A stretch of 64,000 nt of DNA from Gemmatimonadales bacterium (GTDB lineage: Bacteria; Gemmatimonadota; Gemmatimonadetes; Gemmatimonadales; GWC2-71-9), in NCBI GenBank assembly GCA_035299765.1, contig DATGVZ010000101.1, positions 4,184-68,183 on the forward strand, written 5' to 3'. This document shows, in pieces, positions 30,191-38,640 of this stretch (positions within the stretch are counted from its first letter, which is position 1; each line of letters starts with the position of its first letter). The position numbers and the translations under genes were made by a program. The notes under the pieces were generated by a model that was given only the letters and a program-made list of their open reading frames with translations, did not search any database and had not been told where the DNA came from.

Positions 30191-31435
30191 TTGACAATCG
30201 AGGTTCGTGTGAAGGCCGAACGGAGTCGGCACGTGGTGCTGGTGAGCCCACCTGCCCTTGAGCGCATGGAGAAGTTCTGGGAGCTGATCGACCGGAATGC
30301 GATCGTTGTCTGCGCTGACCACGAGCAGGCGACGCATTGGGCCGATCTCGCACCCGCCGAGTACGGCGCTCATGCCGTCACGGGCCTCACGCGAACGGGC
30401 GCCCTACTTAAGGAAGGGCGGATCGGCCTTCTCGCCGGCTCTCCCGCCGACCTCGCCGCCCTCGTCGCTCGCTCGGCCCTCAAGCTCGACACGCTCGAAA
30501 CACTCGTCATCGCCTGGCCCGAAGGTTTCGCGGGCGAGCTCGATGCCCTGCTCGCCGAAGCGCCGAATGCTCGGCGCATCGTCCTAAGCTGGAATCCGCC
30601 GGGTCTTGCGGATTTTCTCGAACGGCACGCCCGCCGGGCTGAAGTGGTTGGGAATCTCCCGCTCGATGTCGACGGGAAGCCACTAGGGCCGGTTGGTTCA
30701 GCACGCTTCGCGGTGATCTCCGCTTCGCGCCGCCGAGCGGCGCTGCGCGATGCGCTCGACGCGGTGCGGGCCACGAAAATGTATGTCTGGGCAGGCGGCG
30801 AAATCGCCGCACCCAAAAATACGGACGTGGTCATCGCGACGACGTTGCCGACGCGCGAAGAGCTGCTGGCTTTGATCGCGATCGCTCCGCAGCCTGTCGT
30901 GCTCGTGCTCGCGTCACAGCTTCCCTACCTCCGGTCGATCGCGGCGCTCACGCCACTGCCGCTCCCTTCGGGCGTGGATCGGGCTCAGGATCGGAGCAGC
31001 AAGCTGCGCGCCCAAATCACCGAGCGGCTTTCTGGCGATCTCGATGCGGAGCTTGCGGCCCTGGCCCCGCTCTTCGAGGAGCATGATCCCGCGCTGGTGG
31101 CCGCGGCGTTACTGGCGATCAGCCGTCAGCCGTCGGCCGGCAACATTCAACCGCACGAAGCCGAGACAGGGCCGGGGGGGGCGGGGGGGGCGGGGGGGGC
31201 GTGGATGAAGATCTTCGTGACGGTAGGAACGAAGGATCGCGCGAGCGCGAAGGATCTCGTCGGGGCGTTGATCAAGGAAGCGGGTTTACAGAAGGGTCAG
31301 ATCGGCAAGATCGACGTGCGCGAGACGTTTTCGTTGGTCGAAATCGCGCCGCAGGCGACGGATCAGGCGGTCCGGCGGCTTACCGGGGTGGCGATTCGCG
31401 GGAGGCGGGTGACAGCGCGACCAGACCGGGGCTGA
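30191..31435 (+). CDS. degenerate DEAD-box helicase-like protein with DbpA-type C-terminal RNA-binding domain
   Basis: Colinear with DEAD-box cores, but motif I is absent and the others are altered: 'GSPAD' for GTPGR, 'VIAWPEG' for VLDEAD, 'SWN' for SAT. No HRIGRTGR is present. The C-terminal 'MKIFVTVGTKDRASAKDLVGALIKEAGLQKGQIGKIDVRETFSLVEI...VAIRGRRV' matches the DbpA RBD pattern. The start is TTG 30191 or GTG 30209. Confidence 0.6.
   Translation: MTIEVRVKAERSRHVVLVSPPALERMEKFWELIDRNAIVVCADHEQATHWADLAPAEYGAHAVTGLTRTGALLKEGRIGLLAGSPADLAALVARSALKLDTLETLVIAWPEGFAGELDALLAEAPNARRIVLSWNPPGLADFLERHARRAEVVGNLPLDVDGKPLGPVGSARFAVISASRRRAALRDALDAVRATKMYVWAGGEIAAPKNTDVVIATTLPTREELLALIAIAPQPVVLVLASQLPYLRSIAALTPLPLPSGVDRAQDRSSKLRAQITERLSGDLDAELAALAPLFEEHDPALVAAALLAISRQPSAGNIQPHEAETGPGGAGGAGGAWMKIFVTVGTKDRASAKDLVGALIKEAGLQKGQIGKIDVRETFSLVEIAPQATDQAVRRLTGVAIRGRRVTARPDRG
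31174..31200. repeat. G8-C-G8-C-G8-C homopolymer block (codes GGAGGAGGA linker)
   Basis: Read directly as 'ggggggggcggggggggcggggggggc'. The next codon string, gtg gat gaa, is consistent with track ORF 31201. Confidence 0.95.
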
Positions 31436-31649
31436 CGCGCTGCAATCCGTCGCGCGCCCGCGCGAGGAGCGGCTGAAACTCGGGATCACATCCCTGCCAA
31501 AGAGAAGCAGCCCGGCCGTAGTGAAAGCGCGCGCGCGCCTGATCGCCACGCCGCTCGAAGATCTCGCCACGCCTCAGGTGAGCAGCCGCGACGTACGGCA
31601 AATCCCAGACCTGGCCGAGCGATTCGTAGTGACGATGGCGTGTGGAATT
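31380..31649 (-). pseudogene. orphan 3' tail of a TPR-containing gene (remnant)
   Basis: The frame between TGA (31650-31652) and the stop at 31380 reads '...YESLGQVWDLPYVAAAHLRRGEIFERRGDQARARFHYGRAASLWQGCDPEFQPLLARARDGLQRV...'. This is a typical C-terminal TPR end, but no upstream body or start is present. Confidence 0.4.
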
Positions 31650-31864
31650 TCACAGTCGTCGGTTCGAGCCTGCACGGCACCGCGACCACGAGTAGCGGCA
31701 CGGTCATCCCGCTCGATGGGACGATGTCGGGCAGCTCGATCTCCGTGGCGAATCCCCAGGGTGGCGGCGCTCTCGCCACCGGCACGCGCAGCGGCAATTC
31801 CGCGTCCGGCAGCTGGAACACCGGCGTGAACTCCGGGACTTGGACTGGAGCGAAGTGCAACTAG
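31640..31864 (+). CDS. small Gly/Ser/Thr-rich ORF, possibly a second gene remnant
   Basis: Track ORF of 74 aa ('VWNFTVVGSSLHGTA...SGTWTGAKCN') with no signal peptide or SD, followed by a strong hairpin. Whether it is coding is uncertain. Confidence 0.25.
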   Translation: MWNFTVVGSSLHGTATTSSGTVIPLDGTMSGSSISVANPQGGGALATGTRSGNSASGSWNTGVNSGTWTGAKCN

Positions 31865-31887
31865 GGAGAAAAAGCGGAGCGAAGCAC

Positions 31888-31928
31888 AACGGGCCGCCCA
31901 TGCAGTGGGGCGGCCCGTTTCGATTTAT
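31888..31928. terminator. bidirectional Rho-independent terminator
   Basis: Perfect 11-12 bp GC stem, 'acgggccgccc' (31889-31899) with 'gggcggcccgt' (31907-31917), and a 7-nt loop. It is followed by 'ttcgatttatt' on the + strand. It lies 14 nt beyond the hup stop on the - strand. Confidence 0.6.
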
Positions 31929-31941
31929 TGCACGCCTTATT

Positions 31942-32232
31942 TCACTTCCTGTTGTTCACCGCCATCTTGAGCTGCTTCCCTGCGCGGAACGCGGGCGCGA
32001 TCGATGCTTTGATCTGAATGACGCTGCCCGTCTTGGGATTCCGTCCCATCCGGGCCGCGCGCTTGCGCGCCTCGAAGTTGCCGAAGCCCGTGATCTGCAC
32101 CTTCGAGCCCTTCTTCAACTCCCCGGCAATGATGCCCTTGTCGTCGAAGAGCGCGTCGATCGTGCGCGTCGCATCGGCCTTCGACATCTTGGTGCGCATC
32201 GCCAGCGCCGCCGTGAGTTCAGCCTTGTTCAC
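31942..32232 (-). CDS. hup: HU family DNA-binding protein
   Basis: 'VNKAELTAALA...', 'GFGNFEARKRAARMGRNPKTG..I.I'. GTG at 32232 is preceded by AAGGAG. The track ORF extension to 32322 is spurious. Confidence 0.92.
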   Translation of the reverse strand: MNKAELTAALAMRTKMSKADATRTIDALFDDKGIIAGELKKGSKVQITGFGNFEARKRAARMGRNPKTGSVIQIKASIAPAFRAGKQLKMAVNNRK

Positions 32233-32405
32233 TGCAATCTCCTTGTGGGGGTAGAGGGGCCGAGAAAGTCCTTGAAAATCCGCCCCTTTCGCAGGGCGCG
32301 GGGCGAAAACCCGCATGAACACTGCGTTACTATGGGATATCCCCCAAAAAACCGCAAGATATCTAGACTTCCGCCACCCCCCCGGGTCGTGTAACGTGAG
32401 GGCCC

Positions 32406-33014
32406 ATGTTCCAACAAGCAGGCCGACCCGGATGGATCGAAGTCATCGCCGGCGTGATGTTCAGCGGCAAATCGGAAGAATTGATCCGCCGTGTCCGTCG
32501 CGCCGTCATCGCGAAGAAGCAGGTGCAAGTCTTTAAGTCTCACCTAGATGCACGCTACGCCGGACTCTACTCCATCTCCTCCCACGACGGCGTCACGGTA
32601 GAAGCCGAGCCCGTCGATTCCGCGGAGGAAATCGGCCGCAGGCTTCGGAAGGAGACGGAAGTGCTGGCGGTCGACGAGGCGCAGTTCCTCGACGACGGCA
32701 TCATCGATCTCTCCAACCGTCTCGCCGATCAGGGCGTGCGCGTGATCCTGGCGGGCACGGACGTCGATTTTCGGGGACTCCCTTTCGGTCCGATGCCGAC
32801 GCTCATGTGCGTCGCGGAGGTGGTGGACAAGTTCCAGGCGATCTGCGTCGTCTGCGGCGGTCCCGCAACGCGCAATCAACGACTCGTCAACGACAAGCCG
32901 GCTCCCTGGAATAGTCCGACGATCATGGTGGGCGGCCGCGAGTCGTATGAGGCGAGGTGCCGGCATTGCCATCGCGTGCCGAGGGCGGATGAGGATCAGA
33001 CTGCGCTCCTCTAG
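32406..33014 (+). CDS. tdk: thymidine kinase
   Basis: P-loop 'GVMFSGKSEELIRR', 'VDEAQFL', zinc site 'CVVCGGPATRNQR...CRHCH'. Confidence 0.93.
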   Translation: MFQQAGRPGWIEVIAGVMFSGKSEELIRRVRRAVIAKKQVQVFKSHLDARYAGLYSISSHDGVTVEAEPVDSAEEIGRRLRKETEVLAVDEAQFLDDGIIDLSNRLADQGVRVILAGTDVDFRGLPFGPMPTLMCVAEVVDKFQAICVVCGGPATRNQRLVNDKPAPWNSPTIMVGGRESYEARCRHCHRVPRADEDQTALL

Positions 33015-33998
33015 ATGCTCAACGTAGCGCTCACCGGCAACATCGCCGCCGGCAAATCGACCGTCGTCGACCTCTTCCGAAAATGGGGAGCCACGATCAT
33101 CGACGCCGACGCGCTCGTGCGCGAAGCGCAGGCGCCCGGCAGCGCGGTCCTCGCGGCGATTGCGGGACGATTCGGCGCAGACGTGTTGGCGTCCGACGGC
33201 ACGCTCGACCGCGCGGCGCTGCGCGGCAAGGTCATGGGCGACGACGTGGCGCTGACCGCGTTGAACGCCATCGTGCATCCCGCCGTGCAGCAACGCCGCC
33301 TCGAGCTCCAAAGCGCGGCCGCCGAGCGCGGTGATGCGATTGTCGTCAACGACATCCCGCTGCTGTTCGAAGCGCTCGATCCGACACAGTTCGACGCCGT
33401 CGTTCTGGTCGATGCTCCGGTAGCGGTGCGGCGCACTCGGCTGCGCTTGCTGCGCGGTCTCTCGAACCAGGATGCCGACCGCATGATCGCGGCCCAGATG
33501 TCGGCCGCGCGCAAACGGGCGCAGAGTCAGTACGTCATCGAGAATGCCGGATCACTTGCCGAGCTCGAGAAACAGGCGAAGAGTGTGTTCGTCGACTTGC
33601 GCAAACGCGCTGCCCGGGCCGGGCTCAAAGCGGAACCGCCAGGGCAGACGCTGCTCCTCTGCGCCATCGACGCGAAGGACAGCGTGCCGGTGTTGCACGC
33701 GATCGAGCGTCGCTACACCGACGCGGGAATGCAGGTAGAGCGTACGACGGTGAAGGGATTGGCCAAGACCCTGCGCACGGGCACACCGCTTTCGATTGTG
33801 GCGACAGATGCGGCGATCGATGGCGCCCGCGACGTGTGGGAAGGAGCAGACCCACCGCGGCCGTGCCGGCTGTATCATCTCTCGCCAGATCCCGATCCCA
33901 TCGCCGTGCGTTTGGATTTACGCCCCTGGGGCCACGAGCGCGTCGCGCTCAGTGAAGAAGATGGCGCAGGGCTGGCGCCCCGAACGGACCTGTTGTAG
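33015..33998 (+). CDS. coaE: dephospho-CoA kinase with ~120-aa C-terminal extension
   Basis: 'VALTGNIAAGKSTV', 'IDADALVRE', 'IVHPAV', 'IPLLFE'. The kinase domain ends near residue 200. The remaining ~125 aa are unassigned. Confidence 0.85.
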   Translation: MLNVALTGNIAAGKSTVVDLFRKWGATIIDADALVREAQAPGSAVLAAIAGRFGADVLASDGTLDRAALRGKVMGDDVALTALNAIVHPAVQQRRLELQSAAAERGDAIVVNDIPLLFEALDPTQFDAVVLVDAPVAVRRTRLRLLRGLSNQDADRMIAAQMSAARKRAQSQYVIENAGSLAELEKQAKSVFVDLRKRAARAGLKAEPPGQTLLLCAIDAKDSVPVLHAIERRYTDAGMQVERTTVKGLAKTLRTGTPLSIVATDAAIDGARDVWEGADPPRPCRLYHLSPDPDPIAVRLDLRPWGHERVALSEEDGAGLAPRTDLL

Positions 33999-34009
33999 GC
34001 TCCGCACCC

Positions 34010-34399
34010 ATGTCCGGTATCCCCAAAGACCTCCGCTATACTGAAGATCACGAATGGGTGCGGGAGAGCGGCGATCACCAGGTCGTCGAAGTCGGCATCA
34101 CCGACTACGCCCAGGGCGAGCTTGGCGACGTCGTATTCGTCGAGCTGCCCAAGCCCGCCGCGTCGTTCGGCCAACGCGCGGTCTTCGGGACGATCGAGGC
34201 CGTAAAGGCCGTCTCGGAGCTGTATTCCCCAGTCGCGGGCACGATTGTCGAGACCAACAAGGCGTTAGAGCAGGACCCCGCCCTCGTGAACCGCGATCCT
34301 TACGGCAAGGGCTGGATGATCAAAGTAAAAATCAAGAACCCCAAAGAATTGGAGGGGCTGCTGCGCGCGGATGCGTACGCGAAGCATATCGGCGAGTGA
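34010..34399 (+). CDS. gcvH: glycine cleavage system protein H
   Basis: 'YTEDHEWV', lipoyl-lysine motif 'GTIEAVKAVSELYSPV', 'DPYGKGWM'. Confidence 0.95.
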   Translation: MSGIPKDLRYTEDHEWVRESGDHQVVEVGITDYAQGELGDVVFVELPKPAASFGQRAVFGTIEAVKAVSELYSPVAGTIVETNKALEQDPALVNRDPYGKGWMIKVKIKNPKELEGLLRADAYAKHIGE

Positions 34400-35076
34400 A
34401 AGCGACATTCCACGGACACGCCTGTTTCGTCCTCGAGCGAGACGGCAAGCGCGTCATCATCGATCCCTTCCTTACTGGTAATCCCGCCGCAGATATCGGC
34501 CCCGACAAGCTGCCCCGGCTGGATGCCATCCTCCTCTCCCATGGCCATGGCGATCACCTCGGCGACGCTGTTGCGCTGTCGAAGCGCGACCGCGCGACGA
34601 TCGTCGCTACGTTCGAGCTCGCGCAGTTCTGCGGCGAAAAGGGCGCGACCAGCCACGCCATGCACATCGGCGGAGCCCATGAGTTTCCCTTTGGGAAGGT
34701 GAAGCTCGTGCCGGCCTTCCACGGTGGCCGGGTCGAGGGCGATCCAACCGGGAAGTACACGACGAATCCCTGCGGGGTGGTCGTGACGATAGGCGGGAAA
34801 ACCGTCTATCACTGCGGCGATACGGCGCTTACGATGGAGATGCAGCTCCTGGCGGGACGCATCGACCTCATGCTTGTGCCGATCGGCGACAACTTCACGA
34901 TGGGCGTGGAAGACGCCGCGCGGGCCGTCGAGTTCGTGAAACCCAAAAGCGTTATCCCAATGCACTACAACACGTGGGATGTGATAAAGGCCGACCCCCA
35001 GGAATTCCGGCGACTGGTGGGTGACCGCGCCGCAGTCACCGTCTTGTCGCCGGGTGAATCGCACACACTCACATAG
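34396..35076 (+). CDS. metal-dependent hydrolase, MBL fold (UPF0173 family)
   Basis: '[14 protein letters not shown]', '[12 protein letters not shown]', 'VYHCGDT'. GTG at 34396 overlaps the gcvH stop (GTGA). Confidence 0.85.
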   Translation: MKATFHGHACFVLERDGKRVIIDPFLTGNPAADIGPDKLPRLDAILLSHGHGDHLGDAVALSKRDRATIVATFELAQFCGEKGATSHAMHIGGAHEFPFGKVKLVPAFHGGRVEGDPTGKYTTNPCGVVVTIGGKTVYHCGDTALTMEMQLLAGRIDLMLVPIGDNFTMGVEDAARAVEFVKPKSVIPMHYNTWDVIKADPQEFRRLVGDRAAVTVLSPGESHTLT

Positions 35077-35080
35077 TTCG

Positions 35081-37954
35081 ATGACCATAGATCAGGATCT
35101 GTTTCAGGAACGACACATCGGGCCATCGCCTGACGACCAGGCGGCGATGGTCGCGACCCTCGGCTACGATTCGCTCGACGCGTTCATCGACGCCGTCGTG
35201 CCGGAGGACATCCGCCTCCGCCAGCCGCTGCGGATACCAGCCGCGATCAGCGAACAGGAAGCGCTCGAAAAGCTGCGCCAGCTCGCCGCGCAGAATCAGA
35301 TTTTCCGCTCCTACCTCGGCATGGGCTATCACGACTGCTTCACGCCGACCGTGATCCAGCGGAACGTGCTCGAGAATCCCGGCTGGTACACGGCGTATAC
35401 GCCGTATCAGGCGGAGATCGCGCAGGGGCGGCTCGAAGCGCTGCTCAACTTCCAGACGATGGTCTCGGACCTGACTGGCCTCGAGATCGCGAATGCATCG
35501 TTGCTCGACGAGGGAACAGCGGCCGCCGAAGCCATGCATCTCACTGAGGCGGTCGCGAAGCACGAAGGCAAGCTCCGCTACCTCGTCGACGTGAATTGCC
35601 ATCCGCAGACGATCGCCGTCGTGCGGACACGCGCGGCGGCGCGCGGGCTCGAGATCGTAGTGAGCGATCCGGACACCTTCGATTTCCAGTCCGGCAACGT
35701 CATCGGAGCGCTGCTGCAATATCCGGCAACGGATGGCGCGATCCGGGACTACCGGTCGCTGTGTGAGCGCGCGCACGCGGCCGGCGCCCTTGTCACGGTC
35801 GCGACTGACCTGCTGGCGTTGACGTTGCTGGCGCCTCCCGGGGAATGGGGCGCCGATATCGCCGTCGGCAATTCACAGCATTTCGGCGTGCCGCTCGGCT
35901 ACGGCGGCCCGCACGCCGCGTTCTTCGCGACGCGCGACGAATTCAAGCGGCACCTTCCGGGACGCATCATCGGCGTCTCGAAAGATCGCGCCGGCCGGAC
36001 CGGCCTGCGCATGGCACTCCAGACGCGCGAGCAACACATCCGGCGCGAGAAGGCGACAAGCAACGTCTGCACCGCGCAGGTGCTGCTCGCCGTCGTCGCT
36101 GCGATGTACGCCGTCTACCACGGTCCCGACGGCCTGCGGCGGATCGCCAGACACGTGCACGCGCATACGGCATCGCTCGCAGCCGCGCTCGAGCGGCTGG
36201 GATACCGTTTGGCGTACCCGACCTTCTTCGATACGGTAGCTGTCGAAGTGCCGCAGGAAATCCTGCCTCGCATCATCGATGCGGCCCGCATCAAGCAGAT
36301 CAATCTGCGGACGTTGTCGCAAACACGAATCGGCGTGGCGTTCGACGAGACCGTGACCACCGAAGACGTCGCGGACGTGATCGCGGCATTTGCGGCCGGC
36401 GTCGAGAAGAACGCGCCGCCTCCCCGTGAGGCGCCGAGCGCGATCCCCGAGGGGTTGGCGCGCACGACGCCGTTCTGCACGCATCCGGTCTTCAACACGC
36501 ATCACTCCGAGACGGAGATGCTGCGCTATTTGAAGAAGCTCGAGGATCGCGATCTGTCGCTCACCGCGGCCATGATCCCGCTCGGCTCCTGCACGATGAA
36601 GCTCAACGCGACGACCGAGATGATTCCGATCACCTGGCGCAGGTTCGGCCGGCTCCATCCGTTCGCGCCGAGGTCACAGGCGCAGGGCTACGCGACGTTG
36701 TTCCGCGAGCTCGAGACGTGGCTCGCGGAGATCACCGGCTTCGCGAAGGTGTCGTTGCAACCCAACGCGGGATCGCAGGGAGAATTCGCGGGCCTGCTGG
36801 TGATCCACGCGTACCACCAGCATCGGGGCGAGGGCCATCGCACGACCTGCCTGATTCCGCAATCGGCGCACGGGACGAATCCCGCCAGCGCCGTAATGGC
36901 GGGAATGCAAGTCGTCGTCGTGAAGACGGACGCGCAGGGCAACATCGACGTCGCGGACCTCGAGGCAAAAGCCAAAGAGCATCGCGACACCCTCGGCGCG
37001 CTGATGGTGACCTATCCGTCGACGCACGGGGTGTTCGAGGCGTCGATCAGGAAGATCTGCAAGATCGTTCACCAAAACGGCGGGCAGGTCTACATGGACG
37101 GCGCCAACATGAACGCCCAAGTCGGCCTGTGCCGCCCGGGCGATATCGGCGCCGACGTCTGTCATCTCAATCTCCACAAGACGTTCTGCATCCCGCACGG
37201 CGGCGGCGGTCCCGGCATGGGGCCGATCGGCGTGGCCGAGCATCTGGCGGCGTATCTCCCGACGCATCCGGTCGTGGATGTGGGTATTCCGCTCGCGCAG
37301 AGCGCGGGTACGGTTTCCGCCGCACCGTGGGGCAGCCCGTCGATTCTGCCGATCTCGTGGGCGTACATCGCCATGATGGGGCGCGACGGACTCACGCTCG
37401 CGACCAAGGTCGCGATCCTCAATGCCAACTACATCGCGAAGCGCCTGGAAGAGGGCGGGCACTACGGACTGCTCTATGCGGGACAGCATGGCCTCGTCGC
37501 GCATGAGTGCATCATCGACACGCGGCCCTTCAAGAGCTCCGCGGGCGTCGACGTCGAGGACATCGCCAAGCGACTGATCGATTACGGTTTCCATCCGCCG
37601 ACCGTGTCTTTCCCAGTCGCGGGGACGCTGATGGTCGAGCCGACGGAGAGCGAGCCGAAGGCGGAGCTGGATCGGTTCGTCGACGCGCTGATCGCGATTC
37701 GCGAAGAGATTCGGGAAATCGAGACCGGCGAAGCCGATCGCGAGAACAATCTGCTGAAGAACGCGCCGCATCCGCTCGCGGACCTGCTCGCGGACAATTG
37801 GGATCGGCCCTACGCGCGCGAGCGCGCCGGCTTCCCCACCCCGGCGACTCGCGAGCACAAAGTCTGGCCGCCCGTTAGCCGGATCGATGCGGCGTTTGGG
37901 GACAGGAACCTCGTCTGTACGTGCCCGCCGGTGGAGGCATACGCGACTGTCTGA
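35081..37954 (+). CDS. gcvP: glycine dehydrogenase (aminomethyl-transferring), single-chain P protein
   Basis: '[44 protein letters not shown]', PLP-Lys region '[18 protein letters not shown]'. The product is ~957 aa. ATG at residue 21 of the track ORF. Confidence 0.95.
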   Translation: MTIDQDLFQERHIGPSPDDQAAMVATLGYDSLDAFIDAVVPEDIRLRQPLRIPAAISEQEALEKLRQLAAQNQIFRSYLGMGYHDCFTPTVIQRNVLENPGWYTAYTPYQAEIAQGRLEALLNFQTMVSDLTGLEIANASLLDEGTAAAEAMHLTEAVAKHEGKLRYLVDVNCHPQTIAVVRTRAAARGLEIVVSDPDTFDFQSGNVIGALLQYPATDGAIRDYRSLCERAHAAGALVTVATDLLALTLLAPPGEWGADIAVGNSQHFGVPLGYGGPHAAFFATRDEFKRHLPGRIIGVSKDRAGRTGLRMALQTREQHIRREKATSNVCTAQVLLAVVAAMYAVYHGPDGLRRIARHVHAHTASLAAALERLGYRLAYPTFFDTVAVEVPQEILPRIIDAARIKQINLRTLSQTRIGVAFDETVTTEDVADVIAAFAAGVEKNAPPPREAPSAIPEGLARTTPFCTHPVFNTHHSETEMLRYLKKLEDRDLSLTAAMIPLGSCTMKLNATTEMIPITWRRFGRLHPFAPRSQAQGYATLFRELETWLAEITGFAKVSLQPNAGSQGEFAGLLVIHAYHQHRGEGHRTTCLIPQSAHGTNPASAVMAGMQVVVVKTDAQGNIDVADLEAKAKEHRDTLGALMVTYPSTHGVFEASIRKICKIVHQNGGQVYMDGANMNAQVGLCRPGDIGADVCHLNLHKTFCIPHGGGGPGMGPIGVAEHLAAYLPTHPVVDVGIPLAQSAGTVSAAPWGSPSILPISWAYIAMMGRDGLTLATKVAILNANYIAKRLEEGGHYGLLYAGQHGLVAHECIIDTRPFKSSAGVDVEDIAKRLIDYGFHPPTVSFPVAGTLMVEPTESEPKAELDRFVDALIAIREEIREIETGEADRENNLLKNAPHPLADLLADNWDRPYARERAGFPTPATREHKVWPPVSRIDAAFGDRNLVCTCPPVEAYATV

Positions 37955-37970
37955 CGGCCTGGGGGGAGGG

Positions 37971-38639
37971 GTGGGGGTCGAATGGAAGCTGCTCGTCGAT
38001 CCTCAAGGCCGATCAGGCATCGAGAACATGGCGGCCGATGCAGCACTGCTCGATGAAGCTCACCGAAGCGGCGCTCATTTCCTGCGACTGTACCGCTGGG
38101 ATCCTCCCACACTCTCTATCGGCCGCAATCAATCCATAGAAGGTGTCGGTCGTGACGGCGTTCCCACCGTCCGCCGGCCAACTGGTGGTCAGGCGGTGTG
38201 GCACGAACACGAAGTCACCTATGCGGTCGCTGCGCCGATCGCGACGTTCGGCTCTCTACGGGGCGCGTACAGAGAGATTCATGCCTGGCTGGCGAATGCG
38301 CTGCGCTCCTTGGGGGTCGATGCAAGTCTTGCGATGCCTCCGCCTGTCCCGCCGTCGGGCCGTCCGGCCGCCTGCTTTGCGGCCTCCGCAGGGGGTGAAA
38401 TCCTCGTGAATCACCGCAAGCTGGTCGGCTCAGCCCAGGTGCGCCGGCGTGATGCCTTTTTACAGCATGGATCCATTCTCCTGGATGGCTCGCAAGCGAT
38501 CGTCAGTGCCGGTGGAGAGACGACGCTCGCGTCTGTCCTGAAACGCCCAGTCTCGTTTGCGGAGGTGGCCGCGGCTATCACCGCCGCTTGGGGGGAACCG
38601 CTTAGGCCGTCCGCTCTGGCGTCGCTCGCCGCCGAGTGA
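37971..38639 (+). CDS. lipoate/octanoate-protein ligase family protein (BPL/LPL catalytic domain)
   Basis: 'LRLYRWDPPTLSIGRNQ', 'RRPTGGQAVWHEHEVTY', 'NHRKLVGSAQVRR'. GTG at 37971 is preceded by a G-rich SD-like stretch. Confidence 0.75.
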   Translation: MGVEWKLLVDPQGRSGIENMAADAALLDEAHRSGAHFLRLYRWDPPTLSIGRNQSIEGVGRDGVPTVRRPTGGQAVWHEHEVTYAVAAPIATFGSLRGAYREIHAWLANALRSLGVDASLAMPPPVPPSGRPAACFAASAGGEILVNHRKLVGSAQVRRRDAFLQHGSILLDGSQAIVSAGGETTLASVLKRPVSFAEVAAAITAAWGEPLRPSALASLAAE

Positions 38640-38640
38640 A

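Noticed and set aside
32233-32405. The GC-rich hairpin 'cgcccc...ggggcg' followed by a short T-run in the hup 5' leader, within the hup-tdk divergent region, as a possible attenuator or riboswitch.
   Set aside because: There is only a 6-bp stem with a large loop, several competing pairings, and no resemblance to a riboswitch class I can recognise. The evidence from sequence alone is insufficient.
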